Below, piece after piece: positions 1 to 11,650 of a DNA stretch of 64,000 nucleotides (its first letter is position 1; every line of letters starts with the position of its first letter). The stretch is from Tubulanus polymorphus (taxonomy: Eukaryota > Animalia > Nemertea): assembly GCF_964204645.1 (NCBI RefSeq), contig NC_134025.1, positions 18,141,101 to 18,205,100 of the forward strand, read 5' to 3'. The notes below the pieces were generated by a model that was not told the DNA's origin, did no database searches, and saw only the letters and a list, made by a program, of their open reading frames with translations. Made by a program: the position numbers and the translations under genes.

Positions 1-1320
1 GCTAAAGGTGTTAATGGACTGAATATAGCTAAAAATGTTATCACCGAACTAATTGTAACTGAACCACTAATAATAAAATAATATATAATTTTACTTTTTA
101 TGTGGGGGGGGGGCATACTATATTCACTTCGTCGTTCGTCCGTCTGTCCGTCCGTCTGTCCGCAGTGGTTTCCGTGCCCTAGCACCCAAACCCTTTGACA
201 AATTTTCCTGAAATTTAACAACTGTGTTGTACTAGATGAGGTTAATAACTGATTAGATCCTTTTGGATCCTGTAGGTCCAAGATCAAGGTCACAGGAAGT
301 CATTTTGTAAATTTCATTTCCGGGCTCAAACTCATCAACGGTTTAAGATAATAGGTGAAATTTTATGGATAAGTTATCCTAGAGACTGTGGGTAACTGAT
401 TAGATTTGGGTCCCGTAGGTCCAAGGTCAAGGTCACAGGAAGCCATTTCGTAAATTTAATTTCCGGGCTCTAACTCATAAACGATTTGAGATAACTCAAT
501 GAAATTCTAGGGATGGGTTATCCCAGGGACCGTGGGCAACTGATTAGATTTTGGAACCTGTAGGTCAAAGGTCAAGGTCACCAGGAGCTGTTTTGTATTT
601 TTAATTTCCAGGCTCTATCTCATGAACGATTTAAGATAACTTGCTGAAATTTTATGGATGGGTTACCCTAGAGACCTTCAGTGACTGCTTAGATATCGGG
701 TCCTGTAGGTCTAAGGTCAAGGTCACCAGAAGTTATTTTGCTATTTTGATTTCCGGGCTATAACTCATAAATGGTTTAAGATAACTTGGTGAAATTTAAT
801 TGATGGATTGTCCTAGAGCAAATAGATAACTGATTAGATGTTGGGTCCTGTAGGTCAAAGGTCAAGGTCACCAGAAGTTGTTTACGTGTTCCTTGCGTAT
901 TTTCTTTGTTTCCTATCATGTACATTTTTTACACATTATTTTGCCCCCTTGGGACTTACTCTGAGCAGGCTATTGCATTCACTTTTCATTCGTTGTGTCT
1001 CCGTCCTCAAGGACTAAGGGTTACTGATCAATTTTTTTGGCCTATAGGTCCTAAGTCACTGGCACGGGGAGTCATTTTGTTCTTTTCGTTTGCTGCGGCT
1101 TCATATACAATTCAATATATCCTCAAGGTGTACTTTACTCTCAGGCGTTTCACCTGATGTGGGGGCATCAGTCGTCTTCAGCGACATTCTAGTTAAATAT
1201 TTTTTCTTTTTAATTTTCAAATCATTTTCAAATTCTAATATTTTTTTCTAAATATATTTTTGATTTAGTTTTATTTATATCATGAGGTATAATATTAACA
1301 CTTTCAATTTTATCTTCCAT
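1..1320 (-). pseudogene. Polinton small two-TM membrane ORF (MDDKV family), split by the HINE
   Basis: 1195-1320 encodes MEDKIESVNIIPHDINKTK...KKKY and 1-93 encodes SKIIYYFIISGSVTISSVITFLAIFSPLTPLA, both matching ORF 36984. Confidence 0.85.
94..1194 (+). mobile_element. Non-autonomous HINE/Helentron-type (DINE-1-like) element with internal ~145-bp tandem array
   Basis: 5' TTTTTATG..GGGGGCAT, then a GTCC/GTCT microsatellite (135-162), then ~5 units containing GTAGGTC-AAGGTCAAGGTCAC at 272, 415, 560, 705, 850. The 3' end has GGGGGCAT, a short hairpin GTCG..CGAC and CTAGTT. Inserted in a T run with no target duplication. Confidence 0.75.
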
Positions 1321-1339
1321 TTATATTATGAAAAAATTA

Positions 1340-1761
1340 CTAATAAGTAAATTTATATGCTACAAATATAACAATAATTGTTCCACCTAAAATCCAAATT
1401 ATTTCATATTGTTGTTGTTCTTTACTTGGGGTATAATAATCTGATAATTTAGGTTTGTATAGATGTAATTTTCTTTATTGGTTACCGCGTTATATAAACT
1501 CATTGCATCATCAACTGATTGAAAATCTCTATGTGAAATCTTCTGATCATATAATTCCTTGTTAATATAATCCATATAGTTTTGTCTCTTTTCTCTATAT
1601 TCTTCTGCAGCTATATTGTATTTCTCTAATGCTAAGTTATGTCTTTTTTGTTCTGATAATGATCCATTTTTATCAATATGCTTAAATAAATATCCGCCAC
1701 CAGTAAATGCTAAAGCGTTAACAATTGCCGATCCTATAATAGTTATAACTGCAGAAGCCAT
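1340..1761 (-). pseudogene. Polinton conserved ORF (MASAVITIIG family; hydrophobic N- and C-termini, coiled middle)
   Basis: ORF 1399-1761 with a frameshift near 1460; homologous copies at 36542 and 51165. Confidence 0.8.
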
Positions 1762-2019
1762 TTATTTAGTAAAAAAATTACGCGTCAATAGGAGGAATAT
1801 ATTTTTGTTTTTCTAAATAATCAATTGTTAAATTAGATAAAGTAACTGCTAATGTCAATTTTAAAATACCATTTATATCAAATCTATCAACATCAATACT
1901 TCCTATTTGAATACTTTTTTTAATACCATTGTATATATCCAACAGTTCCAACTGATTGAAATGCTCTATTATATAAACCAGTTATTAGCCACTTCTGATC
2001 CGCCACTTATTATGAAAAA

Positions 2020-2360
2020 AATTACTATCTTCAAAATTTTTAGTTATCTTAGTTATAATTATTTCAAAATTTATATCATCGTTCGTTTCATTTTTATATA
2101 TTAGTTATTATCTTTTTAATATCATCAATAATAAAATCTTCATCTAATTCATAAAATCTTAAAGAATTTCTAATTAAATCAGTAATCTTTTCTACACTAT
2201 AAGTTTCTTTATTTATTGTTGTTTCATAATCAATTGTTGTTTCATTAAAAAATGCAATGTTTTTAATATGTGTTATTACATCATTAATATCTAATTTCAT
2301 TTCTTTCTCACGTTTAAAATCAAATCCAAGACATATACTCGGTCCTACAGTTATATTCAT
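2020..2360 (-). pseudogene. Polinton conserved unknown ORF (MNITVGPSIC family)
   Basis: Near-identical to ORFs 35939 and 50561; truncated by a premature stop. Confidence 0.8.
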
Positions 2361-2384
2361 ATTTATATAGTGAAAAAAGTACCC

Positions 2385-3112
2385 TTTACATCTTATAACC
2401 AATTCATAAATTACAGGGAAGTTATTTTAATCAATTAAGTAACCATTAAGATTTCTTATTTCTGATTAAAAATTATTAAATTTTGAAATACAAGGCTTGA
2501 AAGCACATTCAGTTAAATTATAATTTATTTGCGATCCAAATTTTTTAACATTTTTAATGGTAAAATATTTATTAATATACTAGAATAACAAATTGTATCT
2601 TTAGTTGCTTCAAATGTCTTTATAGGGTCTATCAAATTACAATATATACAGAAATCTGTGTAAGGTATTAAGTATATTTGAATAAAGTTTATCTAGTGTA
2701 ATTCCTAACAGCTATAGGTTTTTTACTAAATATTGATATTTTTCACTATGAGATAACCTTATCTTTATTTTATCAGAACTATCACTTTTTAAAAATCTAA
2801 TGTTAAAACCAGCACCACTACCTAATTTGTGTCGGGCTTTTCTATTAATTTCTTGTGACAATGTATCTAAATTATATAACCCTGATTTTAGATATAGATG
2901 ATACCTTTTATTTTTTCCTGAATCATAAACAATCTATGATCAATAGTTTTATCCGATATACTATAAAAAGATTTACATAAACTTATATTTACTTATTTTA
3001 AATCTACACAATTTTTAAATTTTCTATCTAATTGTATTAGTAAATTATGTGATTTATAATTCAATGGTTTTCTAGATTCAACAAATATTCTATATTCTTT
3101 TAATTCAACCAT
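2385..3112 (-). pseudogene. Minor capsid (penton-like, single jelly-roll) protein
   Basis: MVELKEYRIFVESR...GLYNLDTLSQEIN...IYCNLID...LIDxNNFPVIYEL pattern typical of Polinton minor capsids; frameshifted. Confidence 0.7.
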
Positions 3113-3179
3113 TATCTATTACACAAAAAAATTACCTCGAACCACTAGAAATTAATTTTAATGACATATTTCCTAAATA

Positions 3180-4480
3180 AGTGGACGAGAAAATAGAACG
3201 TCAAATTTGTGGTGAACTTCAAAGAAAAGTAATATGGCTCGACATATGAAAAAAACATGATAGAAATTAAAAGCCCCCTAAAATAAACTGCCCAAATTGT
3301 AATAAATTATTCTCAAGAAATTAAATTGTTAAAAAACATTCAGAGAAGTGTAAATTTAATGACTCAACGGTTAATGTTGATAGTAACGAAAGTAATAATA
3401 ATTCTGTTGAAACTGAACCTGAAATGATTTGGAAAAGACCTTTTTTATTTTATGACAAGAATAATATAATAGTCAAGAATAATAATCATTTCTGTGAGCA
3501 TTGTCGAATAAAATATAGCCCTGAAAATATAGAAGATTGGGAGAATCATCAATTTAAAAAAGCACATTTAGATAAAATTTTTAATAAATTTGAAACAGAA
3601 TTTAATGAAAGAAAAAATAATATATTAGAAAAAAAAATATTAGAAAACGTTACCGGATAATAAAGAAACACTTGAAAAGTTAGAAAAACAATATAATGAA
3701 TTAGCAAGAAAAACATATTATTGTAAATATTGTACATAATAGAACAATAAAAAATAAAGAAAACGCAAGAAAATACCAAGAACTTAAATGAAGGCCAATT
3801 GCCAAGATTTGATAGAAAAAAATGCCCACAACGTATTTATGAGTACTTAAGACAAGAACATCCTGTGATATTTTGTAATGAATGTGGTTATGAAAGAAAT
3901 TTATGGGGTGATGAAAAAACTAGAGATTTTCTTATAGAACCAAAATTTAAATATCTAGATGAAATTTTAAAATATTTTCTATGGAAGATCATACACCAGA
4001 ATATAAGCAATGGCTTGTAAAAATAGAAATAATAGAAAATAAAAATGGTGAAATAACTAAGAAAGATATAATTAAAAAAATTATTCCGTCAACATGTTAC
4101 ACACACAAAAAAAGAAAATGTATTTATATCTATTATTTAACGATTATTATTAAAAACCTAAATCAACAAAAGAAGATATGGAAAATATAAAAGAAACATT
4201 CACAAACATATTAAGATATTATGTGGATAATAAAATAACAGATTCAATTAATTATGAATTCTTTTTAAATAAGATTGTAAATTTTTTAAACATCGATATT
4301 ATAATTCCATTTGATGAATTAACAAATAAAAAGAAACAAAGAGAGCGAGATGAAATGTGGAAAAGCATAGAATTTCATTAAATGGGAAAAATGAAATGGA
4401 AAAACCTAAAGAAATTATAGAAAAACTATTGGATGAAAATGAAGAAACCAATAGTGATTTCGAGTACGATGATGTTGATT
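3180..4480 (+). pseudogene. Degraded zinc-finger-containing accessory ORF(s) of copy P1
   Basis: CxxC...H motifs (CPNC, FCEHC...H...H, FCNEC) in broken ORFs at 3424, 3799, 3981 and 4178. Confidence 0.5.
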
Positions 4481-4487
4481 TCATGTT

Positions 4488-7400
4488 TTAATAACCATAA
4501 GGTAATGTTTTTATTCCATCATCCAAAATATATCTTTTATCGTCGAATGGATTTAAGCTAGTTTTTTTTTCAAATTCATTAATGTACATCTCGTGATCTT
4601 CTGATCTTAAACAATTCATTTTATGTTTCATTACAATTGAGTTATATAAACACTTTATATAATCTTGAAATTCTATATGTTTATCAACCACATGCTTTGT
4701 TATTCCTTTTAACTGTTTAGCTTCATGTTCTATAACTACACATTTTACTTCTTATCCCAACAAATTCAATCATTTCATCACCCCCTAATTCATCTTTAAA
4801 TTTACCAGGAATTTTCTATATTATCATTGCTAAATAAGTCATGATCTTTTGGATAATTGCTAAAGTCAAAATGATGTTTTAATGTTTTTAAGTCTTTTGT
4901 TATGTCATTTGTCTTGATTTTTAGTATGTAACTGTCGGTATTGAAGCAAATTAATGGAAACCCACAATTAAATGTACCATCTTCAGTTGTTAAATCATAT
5001 ACATAATCTGATGGGTTATATATTTCAAATAAATCTGTAACTTCTTCAGTTAAATCTTTTTCTGTGTGGCTTAAATTAAAGCAATTTGGTTTAGATTTAA
5101 TCAACCCAATATTCATATTAAAACCTAATGAATTGCGTAATATATTCAATCCTGATATAGCAACTTTTCTTTTCTGAGCTAAAGGTATAATTTTGTCTCC
5201 TGCAAATCACCATCTGCAACAGAGAATCCAATGAAGAACCATTTTCTTAGATTATATTTTGCATTAAATACATAATCTGGAACTATCTTTTCTTTGGTTG
5301 AAGTATTAATTTTAACTATTGCATCAGTATGGAATTCATCATTATATTTAATTGCAAAATCTTTAGGATTGTTTACAGGTATTCTATAAACCGCTGTTGA
5401 TTTCATAGTATCTATGATTTTAAATGTTTTATGCACATGAACTTCTTCACAATATTTCTTTATTCTTTCCGATAATTTCAAATCTTGATTACATAAATAC
5501 CAACAATATTTAGATCCACTTACATAATTATACACTCCTGCTGAACCATCTCCCATAAAAAAATCCTCTGATAAAATATTCTTTTTCTTTCAATGTTTCA
5601 GGTTCTATGTTATAAATATTATCAATTACTTCATCAAATGACTTATGATTCATTCTTGGATAAAATCTTTTATGTAATAATTCATCAATTTTTAAATCAG
5701 TTGGATTATTTCATCACCATTTTGTTTAATAAAACTATGATCTTCAGTAACATCAACAAATCCTAATTTATTTCTAACTCTATAAATCTTCTTATTGGTT
5801 TTATGTCCAATTATATTCTTTAATTTTTTCCATCAATTTTTGTCCAAACATCCATCAATCCATTCATTTGTATTAATTCTTTTTCACCATATGAAATATG
5901 AAGTTCATTTTGTTTAGAAATTATTTCTGAAATTCTTCTAATTAACATTTGTTTATTATATTTTAATAATATTGGGGTGTCTGCTGTTACAGAATAAAAA
6001 TATAATATTTCATTATGCTTTTCCCCAAGAAGTGGTTGTAAAACATTATAATAATAATCGTACATTAATAATTTAGATATTTCTAAAACAGTCTAACCAA
6101 TGAATATAGGTTTATTAAATTTCATTGACGTACTTTTTATTTTTACTGCTGTTAAATAATCTTCAAATCTTTTATTTCCTAAGTGTCTAGGACTTGATTG
6201 TAAATGTCTCAATCGTTCAAAATTATTTACTAATTCAATATCATTTCTATTTCTAATATTTTCACATGATTTTCCAAAAAAACTATTATTCATTAATTTG
6301 AAGAAATCTTTTTCAAAATCTGTTTTAGATACAATATATCATATATATTTATATATATTATTATGTTATTATTATATTCATCATTTGCTATAAAATACCT
6401 ATCTCCCGTAACACCACTAATTCCACCTCTAATTGATTTTTTCAAATAATAAAACAATGTCTGTTTCTTTTAATAAATCTAATTCTACATTTGTATACCC
6501 TATTGCCAGGTTAAACCAGGACTTGAATAACAATAACAAGGATCAACATAAAAATGATTTAAATTAACTTCTCTAAATTTTTCAAATATATCAGTCAATA
6601 TCATAACATCTGATTTTAAGTATAAATCTACTAATTCACCATGATTTTTTATCTTAAAATGATTCCAAATATTTAATGTCTTATTAAAAACTCCATCTTT
6701 CACGTACTCCTCTTTTAATTGATCATAAAATTGTTCTTTTAATAATTCTGTTACATTAAAATCATCGTGTGTTTTATAAAATGAATTAGGAATTGCACCT
6801 TTAAATCTCAATAATTTTAAATCTTGTTCATTTGGATAATAATGTCGAGTTATTACAAAACCATTATCAACTAAACTTTTTGCTAAATTATCTAATGAAC
6901 TTGCTAAAAATCTATGAGAATCTAAAAATCTCAAACAACCAAATTGAAATGAAATGTAATTTTCAGATTTCTTAGCTAATAGTTTAAAATCATATTTTCT
7001 TACATTTAAAGAATTTATAGCATTATATTATTCTATTTCTTGATTAATTACGCCTAATTTTCCTGATAATTGTTTTATAAATAAGTGGGTATCATATCCT
7101 GATAAATTATGAAATAATATTGGTACGAAATCTAGTTTTTTAGCTTGTATATAACAATCTTCATGAGCAGCTCCGCGATATTTTGAATTTAAATGATCAT
7201 GATCTTTAACTTTTTCACCAAATAGATAAAAACGTTTTTCACAATAACAACAATGAGTTGCATAATTAAAATCAATTTCATCTTCTTTTGTCATTACTAT
7301 TCTTTTATTTTGTTTAATAATTGTGCAAAATCACTTTCTAGTTCAATTATTTTATTGCAAAATTTACTACATCTTCACCTCTAAAAGAAATATATTGACT

Positions 7401-9103
7401 TTCATATAATTCGGGCTAATTTGATTTTATATAAATTGCATAAGCAGCAGCTCTTTGATGAACTTTTTTAATTGTATTTATGATTGGTGGGTCTTGAATT
7501 ATGTCTTCATTTAGTTCATTTCCTTTAGCCATTGATTTTATAAATTACTTTTTGTTATACATTTCTTTTCTATCTTGATCAGTTAATTCTTTATTCAACG
7601 ATTCAAAATCCCCATAAATTACAAATGGCACTATATTTTTAAATCTATGATTAGTAAATTTCAATTTATAATCTTTTGTTGTTGGCATTATTAATTTGCA
7701 AAAATCTTTCATTATCACATAATTCTTTATGTTTTAGTTATGCATTTCCAGTTCTAAATTTAGAAAAACATTTTCTACATAGATACATTTTATTATGGTG
7801 ATCACTTTCTGTTCTAAAGAATAAATCTATCTATTTTAACCCCATCTAATGTTCATTTTCATCTTTTTTTGTAATATAAAAAATCTATAACATTTTCATC
7901 ATCATAATATTCTGTTAGATATAAAGCTTCTAATGTATAATCTTTAATATTTTCACCTTTTGTCTCTGGTAATTGCATTAATTCGAATACATTCGTTTTT
8001 AAATTATTAACTTTTTCTATTTCAGGAATTATCTTAAAAATTACTGGATATTGATCAAATTTATATAATGTTTCATATTTCCGATAATCTGTTATTCTAT
8101 AAACATGTTTTCTGTTGGATGTAAACAACTATTAATTGACCATAGAAAACATTTATTATCTTAATTTTGAACATTTATAACTGCTTTTGTTGTAAATGGT
8201 TATTTAATACCAGATGATGCTTTAATATCCTTTTCTGTTGTAAAGTTTGAGTCATTTTTAAACATTGTATTACTTTTTGATGCTTTAGTCCTTTTTGTAT
8301 TATAAATATTGAAATCTAAAAATATAATTTCATTCAAAGTTAAACCAGAACCCTCAAAATATCTTTCCTCAATATGACGTTTAAATTACTTAAATATTTT
8401 TTTCTAATTTCTCTTTTATTTGTGTTTTTGAAATTATTTCTTCAGAATGTGTTTGAATATTATACTTCATTTTTCTTCTGATTTTATAAAACTAACTTAC
8501 TTTTCCAGCAATACTAATTTTTGGGTATTCAACATCTGTTACATTATTACTTTATTATTTTTTCCATTACTTCAATATATTTACTATAATCTTCTATTGT
8601 TGTACCTTTAAAAAATCTAAATATAATAGCTGCAGGACCAATTTTACTACGTAATGTTTTTAAAATTTCAATTGTATCTTTTATTTCTAGTGAATCAATA
8701 TAATTTCTAACATTTTCCATGTAAGGTTTATTTGAAATGAATTTAGTTTTTGAAGCTGGTATTTTTACTTGTTGAGGTTTATCATCAAAATATTCTGTTC
8801 CTAAAATATTTTCATTTAAATTTTGTTTGTGTTTTTGTGATTCGAGATGTCTTTTATAATCCCTTTTACTATAAATTCATTACAAACTTCACATTTTATT
8901 TCGTCTTTTTTCACATCATTTAATCGTATTTTTTTTTCATTTGAATTTTCTGGTGTCTCAAAATCTACAACATTTTTTTATGATTTGCAGTTTTTTCATG
9001 TCGAGATTTTTTGAGATTTATCGATGAATTTTTTACAATGTGTACAATAATATTGATTTTTATTAACATCTTTTTTTTCTGTCTGGAACTCACTGTCTCT
9101 CAT
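4488..9103 (-). pseudogene. polB: Protein-primed family B DNA polymerase (Polinton type), intein-containing, with N-terminal zinc fingers and an endonuclease VII-like motif
   Basis: Motifs CCYC..VKDHDHLNSKYRGAAH, FHNLSGYD, RFLDS, YLKSDV, SIRGG, KLMNNSFFGK, YF.|TDS, LNPFDDKRY. ATG at 9103 lies in a TAAATG context. Many frameshifts, and motif A (DANNLYG) is deleted at ~6330-6380. Confidence 0.93.
4940..5993 (-). other. Intein (class 1, Ser1...Asn/+1 Thr) with LAGLIDADG homing endonuclease, inside PolB
   Basis: Block A SVTADTPILL; block B GFVDVTEDHSFI; endonuclease blocks FIRGFFMGDGS and FFIGFSVADGD; blocks F/G YVYDLTTEDGTFNCGFPLICFN followed by TDS. Absent from the sister PolB (ILYFD|TDSYILKIK at 56452-56490). 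Confidence 0.92.
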
Positions 9104-9247
9104 TTATCAGGGGGAAAAATTACTTGTGGTGATGAGTGATGTGCCGACCTCTCGACCTCTGGCCTGAAACCCTCATTTTCCAATTACTCATTTGTATTGT
9201 AGCCAACCATGTGGACGGTGTATTATATAAACAATTAAGCTCTTTAC

Positions 9248-9612
9248 CGTCAAAATCTGCGTCTTTCATTATATCATCTAGCTCTGAATCGGTTGGGTTC
9301 ATTCCAATTCCCCTCATAACTGTTGAGAGTTCATTTTTATCTATGTGATCATCACCATTAAGATCAAACAAATTGAACGTGTCTCTTATTTCTGCAATAG
9401 ACAATATTTACGTATAATTAAGGTTTTCTATATACAATAATGGAGGAGATCCCGAATTGTTAATCTATTCAAATCTAAACACTACCTTGCAATTCTTCTT
9501 CCGTAAATCCGTCAGCATTGTTTTTAGCCAAATTTTCAGTCGTCTAGAATATAAAGTGGAGAGTGGAAAAAGTGATCCATTAGTAAGATTAATTCACAAA
9601 ACCGCTTACCAT
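9248..9612 (-). CDS. Calmodulin-like EF-hand host gene, exons 1-3 (9610-9612, 9486-9543, 9248-9391); 3' exons not seen
   Basis: GT-AG introns after the ATG (phase 0), after ELQ-E (phase 1) and after DADFD-G (phase 1), with a 144-nt exon 3: the classic calmodulin intron pattern. Protein: MTTENLAKNNADGFTEEELQEIRDTFNLFDLNGDDHIDKNELSTVMRGIGMNPTDSELDDIMKDADFDG. Confidence 0.85.
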
Positions 9613-10899
9613 TAAACTAACAGTCAGTACGACAAAAAGACATCTCGAATCACAATAAGTGATGCACGAAAGCATACGTATATAATAGGCATATTGGCAT
9701 ATTGTCAAAACCATTTGATTATTACATTACGGATCATGAATGCCTGACTAGAACTACTAACTAAATATATTGTTTGTGAAACTCCAACGTGATCCAATTC
9801 CCTAGTACCCGGTATTTAAAATTTGGTTACACTTTCCATGCATAGATATATGGCTTAGACTAAAACGGCTCGGCGCGTTGCCGCAGCGCGTTGCGTCAGC
9901 GTCTCGTCATAGTCATTAGTGCCGCGTTATGAGTGCTGGTGGTGCCGGTACATGTAGTGTAGGAGCTATTCATCGTTATACTTATATTAAGGATGAGGTG
10001 TATAATGAATATAAATCTTAAATCACATCGAAACTTTTAGGACCTAAAAGTGGGCCTCGATTCTTAGACGGATGGAATGCAACGTCATTTCCATATCGTG
10101 ATAATATCTGTGATAACACTGAAAATAATGTTAATACCGCTGCTTAATCGTGAATTCAGTCGGCATCAAGTAGAAACAAGAGCCCCAAGGGACACTACAG
10201 CCACCCTGTCGGCTTTTCATAAATAGCAAATGATGCAATCGGTAGGTTTATTTGTTAAAATACAGAATTTTTTTCGATTAAATGAAATTAAATTGGATTT
10301 TATATTTTTGCAGAATATAAAATTGTATAGAATTTGTAATATGGCTTACGCATATTAAGGTCATCCCTCCGAAGAAAAAGCTATGTTTCCGCATCTTGCA
10401 TAGTTTTCAATGATACTTTCTGTAGTGCAAATAAAAACATTCCTTCCAAAAACCAAATCAACTAAAGATTTCACCGAAATCAAAAATAAAACCAAGAAGT
10501 AATACAGTAGACGATAACACAGATTCACGTGAACACCTGCTGATTTCTGCGGCTAAGCCAATCATAGAGGAGACTTTAGCTCTTTAAAACTGATATTTTT
10601 GCGTTCAGACTTTCGTAAAAAACCTCATGTAAATTTTAACGGGGCCCTTTTTCAAAATTCATCTCCCTAGGATTTTGAGAAAGGATAATGCTTTAATGGA
10701 TGATTTATATGCACAGTTGCACAGTCAAAGGGCTATTCCTCTGGAAACCATGTTAGTTAAATTTGCTCCATTTGTATAGTAATATCCTCAGCCTACGACT
10801 GGTCTATAAACAAAAAAAACTTACACTGATAATGTGTGTACAGTGAACGTTGTATTATTCACTGTATAGCCCGTATGGCGTCACACGCATACAGTCAGT

Positions 10900-11650
10900 A
10901 CGCACTCGGCAATAAATGGCACACGGTAATAGATCTGTTGACTGATCGATTAGGTCGTCCTCACAAGATCGTAGAAAATATTAATGAAACTTTAATAGAT
11001 ATCCAAAGACCAAATTATACGGTTGAATCTATGCGTATATTTGTGACACAATTGAATTGCACGTCCGCACTCTTGAATCGTTGAATACTCGATTTCTACG
11101 GAACTATTCTCGTTCCCATTTTGATAAAAATAGTAACCGGTAGAAATAAAGGAGATTTAGCAAAAACGCATGGGGATTGCGAATGGGATGGCAATGATCT
11201 TAGGACTTCTATTTTGGGAAGTCAAAATTATGGAATCATGCAACAATTGATCAGTTAGATGCAACGCCCGATTACGGTATTGTTATTAAATTGTAATATT
11301 CAGGCAACGATATTAACGGTAATAGGCAACAGAATAGAAATGCATATTCAATAAAATGTTCTTATTGTATGAACAGTCGTTATTAGATTTTTCCACTGCT
11401 CATATTATGTTTGACGATGGTTCACCACATACGTTCATTTCAAAGAGGCTTGTACAAACTTTAGATTCACGCCCCGTTGGGCAGGTAGACCTGAATATTG
11501 CAATATTTGGTCCAAACGAACGTAAGAGTTTTGTCAGATTGTTAGTTATGTGTAAGGATCGCTCTACAATTGAGACTGATGCATTGGTTTTTTTCCAAAC
11601 ATAACAAACTCATTAAATTAAGGTACCGACTGACTTATCCAAATATCTCG
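10900..11650 (+). mobile_element. BEL/Pao LTR retrotransposon gag/protease remnant
   Basis: WHTVIDLLTDRLGRPHKIV (gag-like) and AHIMFDDGSPHTFISKRL (LLDxGSQxSFI aspartic-protease-like). Confidence 0.65.

Larger units (their letters stand above)
1..9183 (-). mobile_element. Polinton/adintovirus-like element copy P1 (degraded; runs off the left edge)
   Basis: Contains PolB, minor capsid and four conserved small ORFs homologous to those at 35.2-37.3 kb. A terminal motif (read inward: TTTCAGGCCAGAGGTCGAGAGGTCG) lies at ~9150-9183. Confidence 0.9.

Noticed and set aside
4488-9103. Alternative genetic code or programmed frameshifting to explain the broken viral ORFs
   Set aside because: Stops and frameshifts fall at different positions in sister copies, which indicates neutral decay (or homopolymer sequencing errors).
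9120-9404. 94-aa ORF as a complete EF-hand protein
   Set aside because: It is exon 3 read through into intron and Polinton terminus; the real gene is spliced.
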